Shown here: one piece after another, positions 12,783-26,587 of the stretch
Numbering within the stretch: the first letter of the stretch is position 1
Layout of the letters: each line of letters opens with the position of its first letter
Assembly (NCBI GenBank): GCA_902623535.1
Contig: CACNUA010000005.1
Coordinates: 109-64,108, forward strand
Direction of reading: 5' to 3'
DNA from: an uncultured SAR86 cluster bacterium
GTDB lineage: Bacteria; Pseudomonadota; Gammaproteobacteria; Magnimaribacterales; D2472
DNA: 64,000 bases
Position numbers and translations under genes: made by a program
Notes under the pieces: model-generated
Seen by the model: the letters and a program-made list of their open reading frames with translations, nothing else
Database searches by the model: none
What the model was told of the DNA's origin: nothing

Positions 12783-15197
12783 CTAATCTAACAACAATTC
12801 AAAATAGGCATCATCATCAAGATCATCTGATCTTTCACCTGTTCCTTTATTGACTCTCACAAATGATATTCCTTGCGGAATGCTTGCCTCATATTCAGGA
12901 AGCTGAGGTATAACTTCCTCCATAAAGCTCACCCAAATTGGTAATGCGATTGTAGATCCAAACTCGTCCTCTCCAAGCGATGAAAAATCATCATTACCAA
13001 CCCATACAGTTGTAACTAAATCATCATGAAATCCTGAAAACCATGTACTGATTGAATCATTCGTTGTTCCAGTTTTTCCACCAAAATCCTTTCTTGATAT
13101 TGACTCTGTCCTTCTACGATTTGAGCCTCTTTGCATTGCTTCTTTTAGAATGTCTTTTACTACATAAGTCGACCTTGGATCAAAATCCTCTTCGGAATCA
13201 ACCTCATTTATTAATTGAATTGGCTTTATGTTTTTTTCATTATTAATCCAAGGAAAATTAATATTATCCTCCGTCTTGTCATCCATAAAAGATTGATGCT
13301 CATAGATGATGTTACCGTTCCTATCTTCTACCTTAGTAATGAATAAAGGCTCTTTAGTCTCACCCTCATTAACTAAAATTGAGAAAGCTCTCGTCATTTC
13401 AATTGGTGAGAAACTCGACGAACCTAAGGCCAAAGATAAATCACTTGGCAATCTTCTTTTTTCAAAACCAAATGCCTGAAGATCATCTCTAACATTTTCA
13501 ATACCTATATTTCTGAGAAGTTTTATTGAGACAATATTGATAGACTGAACAAGCGCCTCTCTTAATCTTGTTAAGCCATAGAATTTTTTTGTGTAATTTT
13601 CTGGCCTCCAATAATCCTCTAAGTTCTCATCTTCAAATATGATTGGTGCATCATTAATTAGAGATGATGCGTCATAACCTCTAGAAATAGCACTCGCATA
13701 GATGAAGGGTTTAAAGCTTGATCCAGTTTGTGGAAAGGATTGCCTAACTCGATCAAACTTGGTTTTAATAAAGTTTGTACCTCCAATATAGGTTTTTATG
13801 TGGCCATTTTTAGGATTCATAGAAACAAAAGCCACTTCAGCTGGAGGAATTTGGATAATTCGCTGACTGGATTCATTGTTTGATAATGTAACTAGATCAC
13901 CTTTTCTTACAAGATCAAAAAAATTATCTGGTTTAGGACCTTTTTTATTGTTTGATCGTTTTCTAGCCCAACCATATTTATCATCCCAAATTAAGATTTC
14001 TTTATCATAATTCTCTGTTAAAACAGTTACTTGATCTTTTTGAACATCAGCAATCAATGCTCGTAAATATCGATCAGGAATTTTATGGCCCTCAAAAATC
14101 TCACCTAGCTTATTAAAAATTGATTCAGAATCGTCAGCTTCGTCAACAGTATCAAAAATTATTGATGGCCCATAGAGTACTATCTGATCAAAGAATTGAT
14201 CTCCTAGCTCTTCAGCAAAATTATTTTTTTCTATCCATCCATAACGCTCTGAATAAATCTCAATATTTTTAAATATAGCCTCTTCTGCATGATTCTGCAT
14301 TTTTGTATCTAAAGTTGTGTATATGCTCCATCCCAAGTTGTATGCATCAAGTCCATATCTTTCAATCATCGTCTGTCTGACGAGCTCTGCAAAATATTCT
14401 GCATTTGAATCAAAGCTATTAGTTTCATTGAAAAGATTGATTGGCTTTCGAGCATTAAATAAATATTGTCCTTTTCCTATGTATCCAAGCTTATGCATTC
14501 TCTGAAGAATCCAATTGCGTCGTATCTTTGATCTCTCAGGATTTCGAATAGGATTAATGCGTGATGGGAGTTGTGCTGAGGCAGCAATCAATGCAGCCTC
14601 ATCAAGGCTAAGCTCTTCAACTGACTTTCCAAAATATACTTCAGCAGCTGACTCAATACCATATGCTCTGTTTCCTAAAAAAATTCTATTTACGTAGAGA
14701 GAAAATATTTCTTCCTTAGTAGCTTTACTTTCAAGCTCAAAGGCTAAATAGATTTCTTTCAGTTTTCGAATTGCATTTTGATCCCTACTTAACAAATAAC
14801 CTCTTACAACTTGCATTGTAATGGTACCTCCACCACTAACAATCTCACGATATCGAACAATCTGTAATAAAGCCCTTGTGAACGAAAGCAACCTGAATCC
14901 CGTATGAGAAAAGAACTGATCATCCTCCGCAGCTAAAAAAGCATATTTAACATTTTCGGGTATCTCTTCAAATGAAAGTGTTCTCCTTTTTTGCTCACCA
15001 AACTCACCAATTAATTTTTCATCAGCAGAAAATATTTTCATGGGAACCTGAAGCACATTCTCATTAACCAAATCAATGGAGGGCAATGAAGGCTTAAAAT
15101 AAAAATATCCCGCAAGAATTACGGTAATTGATAATAGAGTAGCCGCTATTAATAGGTTAAGAATTAAATGGGAAACCCTGTAAATAAAATGAAGCAT
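12783..15197 (-). CDS. mrcA: Penicillin-binding protein 1A
   Basis: Transglycosylase EDDQF, GGGTITMQ, RKLKE; transpeptidase SSFK, SIN, KTGT. Confidence 0.95.
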   Translation of the reverse strand: MLHFIYRVSHLILNLLIAATLLSITVILAGYFYFKPSLPSIDLVNENVLQVPMKIFSADEKLIGEFGEQKRRTLSFEEIPENVKYAFLAAEDDQFFSHTGFRLLSFTRALLQIVRYREIVSGGGTITMQVVRGYLLSRDQNAIRKLKEIYLAFELESKATKEEIFSLYVNRIFLGNRAYGIESAAEVYFGKSVEELSLDEAALIAASAQLPSRINPIRNPERSKIRRNWILQRMHKLGYIGKGQYLFNARKPINLFNETNSFDSNAEYFAELVRQTMIERYGLDAYNLGWSIYTTLDTKMQNHAEEAIFKNIEIYSERYGWIEKNNFAEELGDQFFDQIVLYGPSIIFDTVDEADDSESIFNKLGEIFEGHKIPDRYLRALIADVQKDQVTVLTENYDKEILIWDDKYGWARKRSNNKKGPKPDNFFDLVRKGDLVTLSNNESSQRIIQIPPAEVAFVSMNPKNGHIKTYIGGTNFIKTKFDRVRQSFPQTGSSFKPFIYASAISRGYDASSLINDAPIIFEDENLEDYWRPENYTKKFYGLTRLREALVQSINIVSIKLLRNIGIENVRDDLQAFGFEKRRLPSDLSLALGSSSFSPIEMTRAFSILVNEGETKEPLFITKVEDRNGNIIYEHQSFMDDKTEDNINFPWINNEKNIKPIQLINEVDSEEDFDPRSTYVVKDILKEAMQRGSNRRRTESISRKDFGGKTGTTNDSISTWFSGFHDDLVTTVWVGNDDFSSLGEDEFGSTIALPIWVSFMEEVIPQLPEYEASIPQGISFVRVNKGTGERSDDLDDDAYFELLLD

Positions 15198-15273
15198 TAC
15201 TAACTTATTCTATTGGCTAATATAAGAAAAAAATAACTTAAATGATAGAATGCATTCGAAAATTTATATATGT

Positions 15274-15771
15274 ATGATGATTTATCTTATAGGCCCAATG
15301 GGATCTGGCAAGACAACAATAGGTAAAATCCTTTCAAGTCGACTTAAATATCAATTTTTTGATACCGATGAAGAAATAAAGAAAAAAATAGGCATGTCGA
15401 TATCGTCAATTTTTGATAAACAGGGTGAGAGTGGGTTTAGGATGATTGAATCACAAATGCTGAAGGAATTATCAATAAAACCAAAATCTGTAATTTCAAC
15501 AGGAGGCGGAATTGTTCTAATGAAAGAGAATCGGGCCATCATTAAAAACGGAACTTGTATATATCTTAAAATCGATTTTGAGGGGCAACTTAAAAGACTT
15601 GTTAATTCAGATGATCGACCCTTAGTTAGCAAAAGCTTTGATGGATCAATCAAAAATACAAATGCCGCAAGAGAGCCCTTCTTTCTTGATTTAGCAGATA
15701 TTGTTATTGATACTTCTAATCTAAATAAGAACGAAGTAACCCAGCAAATACTAAACTCATTAAAAAGTTAG
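15274..15771 (+). CDS. aroK: Shikimate kinase
   Basis: IYLIGPMGSGKTT, DTD, STGGG, RPL; upstream of aroB. Start likely 15274 or 15277. Confidence 0.93.
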   Translation: MMIYLIGPMGSGKTTIGKILSSRLKYQFFDTDEEIKKKIGMSISSIFDKQGESGFRMIESQMLKELSIKPKSVISTGGGIVLMKENRAIIKNGTCIYLKIDFEGQLKRLVNSDDRPLVSKSFDGSIKNTNAAREPFFLDLADIVIDTSNLNKNEVTQQILNSLKS

Positions 15772-15772
15772 A

Positions 15773-16846
15773 ATGAAGATTAATTTATCCATAAAGAGTA
15801 AGTTCAAATCCTACTCAGTGATTATCCAAGATAAAGGTGTAAATAAATCAAACCTTAAATCTCATGTTGCTCATAGAAACAATATCTTAATTATTTCTGA
15901 TTCTGGCATTCCAAAAAAATACATTAATGATCTAAAAAAGACTATCAGGCTATGTGGTGCAAGTGCCAAGGTTTTAACTATTATTAATGGAGAGAAATCA
16001 AAATCATTTAAGAACTATCAGTACATCTTAGAACATTTAGCAAGGAAAAATTTTGCACGTGATGACCTTATTATAGCTCTGGGAGGTGGTGTTGTTGGAG
16101 ATATAAGTGGTTTTGTGGCAAGCACATATCTAAGAGGCATTGATTTCATTCAAATCCCAACAACACTTTTGGCTCAGGTTGATTCATCCGTGGGCGGAAA
16201 AACAGCCATCAATTCAAAAAACGGAAAAAATCTTTTTGGCGCTTTTTATAATCCTTCCTTAGTAATTATTGATCCCTCTCATCTTAATTCACTTTCAGAG
16301 AGGGAATATAAAGCTGGATTAGCTGAAGTTATAAAGTATGGGCTTATTGATAACAGAAAGTTATTTAATTATCTGAAAAAAACTTATCAGCCCATATTAG
16401 ATAAAGACACAAAAGCCCTTAGCTTTATTATTTCAGAATCCATAAAATCTAAAGCAAAAATAGTTCAACAAGATGAAAGAGAGAATGGCTTGAGAGCGAT
16501 TTTGAATTTTGGTCATACTTTCGGGCATGCACTCGAAGCAAAGTATAAATATAAAAAATATTTACATGGTGAAGCAGTTGCTATTGGGATGAAATGTGCT
16601 TCTAAAATCTCTTTGGAACTGAAATTAATTACAACGAAAGAATTTGAATTAGTTCAAGAATTATTCGATAAGCTTAAAATCAAAAGCAATTTACCAAATT
16701 TAAAATTAAATGATTTAATGCCCTATTTAAAAAGAGACAAAAAAATACTTAGAGGCAAGATAAGGTTTGTGCTGCTTGATGGCATCTCTAAAGCGAGAAT
16801 CGAAGATAAGGTAAGTTCGAAAGTTTTAAGAAGTATTTTTAATTAA
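15773..16846 (+). CDS. aroB: 3-dehydroquinate synthase
   Basis: GGGVVGD, PTTLLAQVDSSVGGKT, LNFGHTFGHALE, HGEAV. Confidence 0.97.
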   Translation: MKINLSIKSKFKSYSVIIQDKGVNKSNLKSHVAHRNNILIISDSGIPKKYINDLKKTIRLCGASAKVLTIINGEKSKSFKNYQYILEHLARKNFARDDLIIALGGGVVGDISGFVASTYLRGIDFIQIPTTLLAQVDSSVGGKTAINSKNGKNLFGAFYNPSLVIIDPSHLNSLSEREYKAGLAEVIKYGLIDNRKLFNYLKKTYQPILDKDTKALSFIISESIKSKAKIVQQDERENGLRAILNFGHTFGHALEAKYKYKKYLHGEAVAIGMKCASKISLELKLITTKEFELVQELFDKLKIKSNLPNLKLNDLMPYLKRDKKILRGKIRFVLLDGISKARIEDKVSSKVLRSIFN

Positions 16847-19800
16847 GCGGCTGAAGCTGTAGTGGCTTTTAGTAAATCTTTTACACTAATTGCCTTTGGT
16901 GAAATTAGCCAAAATCTAGATTCAAATTTGTCAAAGTCATCTAAGATCTCTTTTGATCTATAGCTATTTGTGTATTTGATATGTTTTTTGATTTGAGTTT
17001 TAAGAAATTGCCTATGAGGTTCCATTTCTTCTTCAACAATCCTCTCAAGGTTAATTAGTGATCGGTTGCACTTGTCAAAGAAAGTTTGTTGCATATCCAA
17101 AACATAAGCAAAGCCGCCTGTCATTCCTGCTCCAAAATTATTTCCGACATCTCCAAGAACTACAATATTCCCACCAGTCATGTACTCACAGCAATGATCG
17201 CCTGCACCTTCAATGACCGCGCTTGCACCTGAATTTCTTACAGCAAATCTCTCTCCAGCCTTACCCGCAACGTATAACTCACCGCCTGTTGCTCCGTATA
17301 ATGCAGTATTACCAATTAATATTGATGGGTCTTTCTTTTGAGCATAATCTGCAGAGTTCTGAATTATAATTCTGCCACCATTCATACCCTTACCAACGTA
17401 ATCATTTGCGTCTCCCTCAAGAGAAATATTCAATCCATTAGCATTCCATGCACCAAGGCTTTGTCCTGCATTTCCTTTAATATTGATGGTCTGGGCTGTT
17501 GAGCATCCTTTTTCACCATATTTCATAGCAATAAATCCTGAGATTTTTGCACCAAAAGACCTATCTCTGTTCGAGATTTGATAACTAACTTCATTTTTAT
17601 GCTGGGATATTATTGTTTTTTTAAGATCATTTAAGGCTTTATTACTTAAATTAGCTTTATCCCATGGATCATTTAGATCAGCAATGCAGGTATGTGGTTC
17701 ATCTAAATTTTTATCCTCGTAAAGAAGTGGATCTAATGAAAGACCAAAGTCTCTTGCCTCAGAAATTTCTTTTAACAATGAAGTCTTGCCAACAATGCTT
17801 TCAAGTGATTCGTGTCCAATTTCTGCCAAAATATCTCTAACGTCTTGCACAATAAATCTAAAATAATTTTTTACTCTCTCTTTTTCACCAACAAAATGAT
17901 TGCTAATAATGTCCTTTCTTTGAGTGGCAACTCCAGTGGCGCAATTATTTAAATGACATATTCTTAAATACTTGCAGCCCATTGAAATCATTGGGCCCGT
18001 GCCAAAACCAAAAGATTCAGCACCTAAGATTGCAGCTTTAACGACATCCAATCCGGTTTTCAATCCACCGTCTGCTTGGATTCTGACCTGACCTCTTAGC
18101 CCAGCATTTCGCAAAGCTTGATGGGTTTCTGCTAAGCCAAGCTCCCATGGAGATCCTGCATGTCTAATCGAAGACAAAGGGCTTGCTCCAGTTCCGCCAT
18201 CATGACCTGAAATTGTGATGAGATCCGCATAAGCTTTTGCAACTCCAACCGCTATCGTGCCCACACCTGGTTCAGAGACTAGTTTTACAGATACTAATGC
18301 TTTTGGATTCACTTGTTTTAAATCAAAAATTAATTGAGCTAAATCTTCGATTGAATAAATATCATGGTGAGGGGGTGGCGAGATTAATGTAATACCTGGA
18401 GTGGAGTATCTTAGTTTTGCAATAAGACTATTGACCTTACCACCGGGCAGTTGACCTCCTTCACCCGGCTTAGCACCTTGTGCAATTTTAATCTGCAAGA
18501 CCTCAGCATTTACTAAATATGCTGGTGTAACACCAAACCTACCTGATGCAACTTGCTTAATTTTTGACATTTTATTAGTTCCATAGCGCTCAAGAGCTTC
18601 GCCACCTTCTCCAGAATTTGAGCGAGCACCTAATTCATTCATTGCTTCAGCCAATGTCTCATGGGCCTCTGGTGAAAGTGCACCCAAACTCATGCCTGCT
18701 GAATCAAATCTTTTTAAAATATTAGTTTCATCCTCAACCTTTGAAAGGGGGATAGATTTGTTGCTTGATTTAACTTCAAGAAAATCCCTAAGCATTGATT
18801 TAGGTCGATTGTTTACAAGGTCTGAATAAATATCGAATTCTTCTTTCGAGGATAACTTAACTGCTTTTTGGAGTGCTTCAACAACTGAGGGGTTATAGGT
18901 GTGATACTCTCCACCATGAACAAATTTTAAAAGGCCACCTGGATTAATGTCAGTCAAATTTGAATTGGCATACGATAGTAAATCTCTTTCTTGTTGTTTA
19001 ATTGATCCAAAGTTTTTGCCTCCAATCCTGCTGACTGTACCGGTGAAACATTTATCTACAACCTCATTATGCAGGCCAACTATTTCGTGAAGCTGTGATC
19101 CCCGATAACTTGATATAGTTGAGATTCCAATTTTTGAGATGATTTTAAGTAGTCCCTTATTAATTCCTTTTCTGTACTTAGCACAATTCTCTGTTGGACT
19201 CCCTTTTAACTCACCTTTATTAGTTAAATCTAAAATTGATTGAAATGCCAACCATGGATAAACAGCTGTCGCCCCATAACTTATTAAACAAGCTATAGAA
19301 TGAGTGTCTCTAGCAGAGGCTGTGCTAACAATAATATTTGCATCAGTTCTAAGCCCCTCGTTAATGAGTTGCTGGTGAATATAGCCAGTTGCAAGCAAAG
19401 CATTGATGCTAAGCTTATTATCTTCGGGCATCTCTTCAATTAAATGAATGAGGACATTTCCTTTTTTTACAGCACTTTTAACCTTATTGCCAAGCTCGAT
19501 AAGTGCGCTTTCAAGTGACTCGCTCTTAGAAAAAAATAGTTTAAATTCTTGAGACTTAAATCGCTTGCTTTTTAGAAGAGTATTTAATTTTTTATGAGAC
19601 AGGACAGGAGAACTTGTAACTATTCTATTTGCATGCTCATGTGTTTCCTCAAAAATGTTGAGCTCGGGACCAAAACAAGTTTCCAAGGACATTACTGCTG
19701 ATTCCCTAAGAGAATCAATAGGCGGGTTTGTTACCTGTGCAAATTGTTGCCTAAAAAAGTCGTAAATCTGTCTTGGCATAGCGCTTACAACTGCTAACGC

Positions 19801-21282
19801 CGTATCATCACCCATTGAACCTGTTCCCTCACTGGAATCCATAGCTAATGGTTTAATAACACTTTGCCTTTCTTCGGTGTAAAGCATGAAATATTTTGAT
19901 GCCTTGTTCAGATCGTTAGAAGAAATAAGTTTTATTCCACTTCCAGCATAGTTGTAAAGCGAAGATTCAAGGTACTTTGCCTTAGATCGTAGCCAATCTC
20001 TGTAAGGTTTGCCTTCTTTGAGCTTGTTATCAATTATCGTTTGATCAATTAATTCGCCCGTTTCAGTATCAATGGCAAATATTCCACCTGCACCAATTCT
20101 TCCCTTGGTAATGAAATTTGATTCCTTTTGAGGAAATATGCCAATCTCTGAAGCAATTGTGACATATCCTTCATTGTCAATTTGATACCTTGCAGGTCTC
20201 AAGCCATTTCTATCTAGCAAGCATGTTGCCCATCTTCCGTCACTCATCACAATGCCAGCAGGACCATCCCATGCTTCCATATGCATGGAATTATATTCAT
20301 GAAAGGATTTAATTTCGGGATCCATCATATGGATATTTTGCCAAGCTGGCGGCAGAACCATTCTCAACGCGCGGAAAGTATCGATACCTCCTTTAACTAA
20401 TATTTCAATCATATTATCGAGAGCAGATGAATCAGATCCTTTTTCATTGACGAGGTTTTTGAATTTTGTTATCTCAGGAATTAATGCTGTTGAGAACTTA
20501 GACTTTCTTGCCTTAGCCCAGTTTCTATTTCCTCTAATAGCATTAATTTCTCCGTTGTGAGCTAATAATCTAAATGGCTGAGCCAAATGCCATTTAGGCA
20601 ATGTATTTGTTGAAAATCGTTGATGAAATAAGCATATCTTTGCTTGAAATTTTTCATCTTTTAAATCTAAGTAAAATTTATCGATTGCACTCGGAAGCAT
20701 TAAACCCTTATATACAATCGTCTGAGTTGACATACTGCAAACATAAAACTCTTCATCATTATCAAACTCCTCTTCAATAAACTTCCTCGCTTGAAGCAAG
20801 CATGCCTCAAACCTTTCTTTGTTTAAATTAGTATTTTTTGAAGTTATAAAAACCTGTGAAATATTAGGTAAGTTTTGTCTTGCAATTTTTCCTAGGACTT
20901 CGTTATTAACTGGAACACTCCGTATAACTGCAATATCTAGGTCTTGGTAATTAAGAAATTTACGTATCGAACTAAAGTAAAAATCTATATCATTCCTATG
21001 GAATAATTGAGCAACAGCAAAAAAATCTGGAAGCTCGATATCAAGCTCTCCAACAACTTTCACCTTAAAAAAAGAATGGTTAAGATCAAATAATAGTCCA
21101 CAACCATCTCCAGTTTTTCCATCGGCACCAATTGCTCCACGATGGGTCATGTTGGTAAGACCTAAAATAGATTTTTTTACTAGTTTTCTTGATCTTTTGC
21201 CATTTCTTTGAGCTATTAATCCAAAGCCACAGTTGTCCTTTTCAAGACTTGGATCAAATAAAGTTTTAGCATTTATAGTCAT
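16843..21282 (-). CDS. gltB: Glutamate synthase large subunit
   Basis: DNCGFG (catalytic Cys), HQRFSTNT, AHNGEIN, QGAKPGEGGQL, CHLNNCATGV. Confidence 0.98.
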   Translation of the reverse strand: MTINAKTLFDPSLEKDNCGFGLIAQRNGKRSRKLVKKSILGLTNMTHRGAIGADGKTGDGCGLLFDLNHSFFKVKVVGELDIELPDFFAVAQLFHRNDIDFYFSSIRKFLNYQDLDIAVIRSVPVNNEVLGKIARQNLPNISQVFITSKNTNLNKERFEACLLQARKFIEEEFDNDEEFYVCSMSTQTIVYKGLMLPSAIDKFYLDLKDEKFQAKICLFHQRFSTNTLPKWHLAQPFRLLAHNGEINAIRGNRNWAKARKSKFSTALIPEITKFKNLVNEKGSDSSALDNMIEILVKGGIDTFRALRMVLPPAWQNIHMMDPEIKSFHEYNSMHMEAWDGPAGIVMSDGRWATCLLDRNGLRPARYQIDNEGYVTIASEIGIFPQKESNFITKGRIGAGGIFAIDTETGELIDQTIIDNKLKEGKPYRDWLRSKAKYLESSLYNYAGSGIKLISSNDLNKASKYFMLYTEERQSVIKPLAMDSSEGTGSMGDDTALAVVSAMPRQIYDFFRQQFAQVTNPPIDSLRESAVMSLETCFGPELNIFEETHEHANRIVTSSPVLSHKKLNTLLKSKRFKSQEFKLFFSKSESLESALIELGNKVKSAVKKGNVLIHLIEEMPEDNKLSINALLATGYIHQQLINEGLRTDANIIVSTASARDTHSIACLISYGATAVYPWLAFQSILDLTNKGELKGSPTENCAKYRKGINKGLLKIISKIGISTISSYRGSQLHEIVGLHNEVVDKCFTGTVSRIGGKNFGSIKQQERDLLSYANSNLTDINPGGLLKFVHGGEYHTYNPSVVEALQKAVKLSSKEEFDIYSDLVNNRPKSMLRDFLEVKSSNKSIPLSKVEDETNILKRFDSAGMSLGALSPEAHETLAEAMNELGARSNSGEGGEALERYGTNKMSKIKQVASGRFGVTPAYLVNAEVLQIKIAQGAKPGEGGQLPGGKVNSLIAKLRYSTPGITLISPPPHHDIYSIEDLAQLIFDLKQVNPKALVSVKLVSEPGVGTIAVGVAKAYADLITISGHDGGTGASPLSSIRHAGSPWELGLAETHQALRNAGLRGQVRIQADGGLKTGLDVVKAAILGAESFGFGTGPMISMGCKYLRICHLNNCATGVATQRKDIISNHFVGEKERVKNYFRFIVQDVRDILAEIGHESLESIVGKTSLLKEISEARDFGLSLDPLLYEDKNLDEPHTCIADLNDPWDKANLSNKALNDLKKTIISQHKNEVSYQISNRDRSFGAKISGFIAMKYGEKGCSTAQTINIKGNAGQSLGAWNANGLNISLEGDANDYVGKGMNGGRIIIQNSADYAQKKDPSILIGNTALYGATGGELYVAGKAGERFAVRNSGASAVIEGAGDHCCEYMTGGNIVVLGDVGNNFGAGMTGGFAYVLDMQQTFFDKCNRSLINLERIVEEEMEPHRQFLKTQIKKHIKYTNSYRSKEILDDFDKFESRFWLISPKAISVKDLLKATTASAA

Positions 21283-21299
21283 CGGGAGGTAGATACTAA

Positions 21300-24029
<2,730 letters not shown>

Positions 24030-24033
<4 letters not shown>

Positions 24034-24476
24034 AAGTTCTGATCAATTAACAAGTGCGAACTGCAGTCCCCCATCAAATCAACAATCATTACTCGTTTTT
24101 TAAATTGCCATTTCCCATTCGATTTAAAAAAACTGTCATGGTATCGACCCGCAATTATGGTTTGCAAATCAAACTCAGGTGTTGACTGCACGACTGTGTA
24201 ATAGGATCTTGAATCAGCAGATCTATTTTCTAAATCTATATCTAAAATAATATTAGTAGTAATATGCTTTGTGCAGGGAGTTCCAGTCTCCTTATAAATT
24301 CGGCAAGATTCTTTATACATTTTAAGAATATTTTCCTTTCCTTTAATAGTACTATCAGTTGCAGGAGCATAAATCTCAGCTTTTGTAAAAAGTTTTGCAA
24401 CTGCATCTAAGTCTCCCAAGTCAAGATATTCGGCATATGCATATATCAAATTTTTAATTATCTGAATGTCATCCAT
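24030..24476 (-). CDS. SnoaL-like / NTF2-family protein
   Basis: YAYAEYLDLGD, TKHITTN, AGRYHD..WQFKKR pattern. Confidence 0.8.
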
Positions 24477-24487
24477 TATTTAATCTA

Positions 24488-25336
24488 CTATTCATTATTT
24501 TGAAAATCTGCACTTAGGGTTATTGATTCGTAGCTATCAAGGTCCTTTTCTATATGATCTAGCTTTTCCCTATATGCAGACAAAACTCCTGCACCTAATA
24601 ATAACTTCTTAGGAGGATACTCATATCTAGTTAAATCGAAAATAATTTTTGCAGCCTTTTTAGGATCACCAGGCTGTTTACCATCAATTTCACCTATCAT
24701 GTTTATTCTTGATCTGACGTGTTCATCATAATCTGTAATGTTAATTTTTGACTTTTTCATTGATCGACCCGACCAATCTGTTCTAAAAGCACCTGGCTGA
24801 ACTGAAGTTACAAATATATTTAGCGGTCTGACCTCTTTATCCAATGCTTCCATAAGTCCCTCCAATGCAAATTTTGAAGCACTGTAGTAACCAGTGCCAG
24901 GATTAGCCATCAGGCCAGCTTGTGAAGAATTATTTATAATACGACCAAATTTTTGATTTCTCATTACAGGTAGAACCTGTTTGGTTAATTCAAGTGCTCC
25001 AAAAAAATTTGTATTAAATAGTTTTGATACCTCTTCGCCTTCACCCTCCTCTATTGCAGATAGATATCCATAACCCGCATTATTTACAAGTACATCAATT
25101 CTTCCAAATTTAGATATTACATTTCTAACACATTTTATAATTTGATCTGTACAAGTAACATCAAGATTTAATGCTACAGAAGTTGAAGGATATTTATTGC
25201 AAATATCCCTTATATCTTCAGTATTTCGCGAAGTCACAGCAACCATATCACCAGCCTCAAGCGCCGAAATGGCAATCTCTCGACCAAATCCAGTTGAGCA
25301 ACCAGATATCAACCATACAAAAGGTGAAGTTGTCAT
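24488..25336 (-). CDS. Short-chain dehydrogenase/reductase
   Basis: SGCSTGFG, NNAG, YSASK. Confidence 0.93.
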   Translation of the reverse strand: MTTSPFVWLISGCSTGFGREIAISALEAGDMVAVTSRNTEDIRDICNKYPSTSVALNLDVTCTDQIIKCVRNVISKFGRIDVLVNNAGYGYLSAIEEGEGEEVSKLFNTNFFGALELTKQVLPVMRNQKFGRIINNSSQAGLMANPGTGYYSASKFALEGLMEALDKEVRPLNIFVTSVQPGAFRTDWSGRSMKKSKINITDYDEHVRSRINMIGEIDGKQPGDPKKAAKIIFDLTRYEYPPKKLLLGAGVLSAYREKLDHIEKDLDSYESITLSADFQNNE

Positions 25337-25342
25337 TTTAAT

Positions 25343-26587
25343 TTAATCTTCAATTCTCCATGAATAGCTTCTAGCTCTTTTTTGTAGTTGCTCCTCTCTT
25401 TCTTCAGGCAGAATGTGTTGTGCTTTTGAGATATTTTTCTTGGCGTCTTCAATAAGCATAACTTCTGATTTTACATACAAATCTTTGCCAACCACTTCAT
25501 TTGGAAATCCTGACCATCTTAAAGTCAATATTCCTTGATTAAGACCAGATGGATCTAGCCAATTATGGATGCCAGGATCATCTTGACTGAGTATGAATGA
25601 ATAAGTTCCTGTATCGTTTATTTTTGACTGATGATTATTTAGACTGCCATTCTTTTTCATTATTTCATTTGTTGTACCCCAAATGTTTGTAATTGGAGCA
25701 ATAAAATATTTAGCGTCATCTAAAAAAATTTCTAAATTTATACAATGGTCTCTGCTTGGCAAATTAAAGTGTCCCATCAGATAAACTTGGTTTCTCAGGG
25801 CGCCGTCGGTATCTCTATCTATCTTGAAACTAAATTCATTTTCAGGTTTAGATAAAGCCTGCTGATTCCATCTTGTTGTATTAAATGCCCATTTTTTCAT
25901 ATATTTCTTAACAATCTCAATGTTCTTCTTTTTGCTAAAGGGTTTATTGCTCTTGTTTTGACTTATATTTTTTACATCCAAAAGGTTTGGTCTATCATTT
26001 TGCCAATCAATGATTGTATCTCTTATATAAAATTCTTTTGCTCCCTTTGAGGTTTGAATATGATTCTTTCTGTTAAATGAATTTTTTGAATCAACTGTTA
26101 TCTCAAAATTTCCTTTTTGATCAGCTACAATTTGGTTTCCAGATATAAGACCAATTGTTTTCATATCCTCATCCCACAAAGTGAAGTGATTCTCATTAAA
26201 CTGCTGTTTCCCAAGCTTTCCTCTGATCACATAAGATTGATCATTGCTTATAGGAATAACACGATAAACTGAATCAGGGTTATCTATGCCCCATCTTGAA
26301 CCAGGAATAGAAATATTGTCTATTTTATGAGCAACCCTGCTAATAGTGATCACTTTTGGATAACTCGGATCCTGATTTAACCCCCAAATAACAGCACCAA
26401 ACATAACTTCATTAAAGGCATCATCAAAACAGCTAAGCATTGTTTCAGAAGGTTTAACTAGATCAAGCCAATATGCTCGGATTTCTTTTCTTCTTTTTAT
26501 TATTTCTTTTTCGTGAAAAACTTCATTGGCAAGAATCTCATGCTCCTTCTGATCATTTGTTGCTATTGGATTATTGAGAATCTTCAT
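25343..26587 (-). CDS. Conserved hypothetical protein (DUF1214-like)
   Basis: GIDNPDSVY and DPGIHNWLD motifs. Confidence 0.6.
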   Translation of the reverse strand: MKILNNPIATNDQKEHEILANEVFHEKEIIKRRKEIRAYWLDLVKPSETMLSCFDDAFNEVMFGAVIWGLNQDPSYPKVITISRVAHKIDNISIPGSRWGIDNPDSVYRVIPISNDQSYVIRGKLGKQQFNENHFTLWDEDMKTIGLISGNQIVADQKGNFEITVDSKNSFNRKNHIQTSKGAKEFYIRDTIIDWQNDRPNLLDVKNISQNKSNKPFSKKKNIEIVKKYMKKWAFNTTRWNQQALSKPENEFSFKIDRDTDGALRNQVYLMGHFNLPSRDHCINLEIFLDDAKYFIAPITNIWGTTNEIMKKNGSLNNHQSKINDTGTYSFILSQDDPGIHNWLDPSGLNQGILTLRWSGFPNEVVGKDLYVKSEVMLIEDAKKNISKAQHILPEEREEQLQKRARSYSWRIED

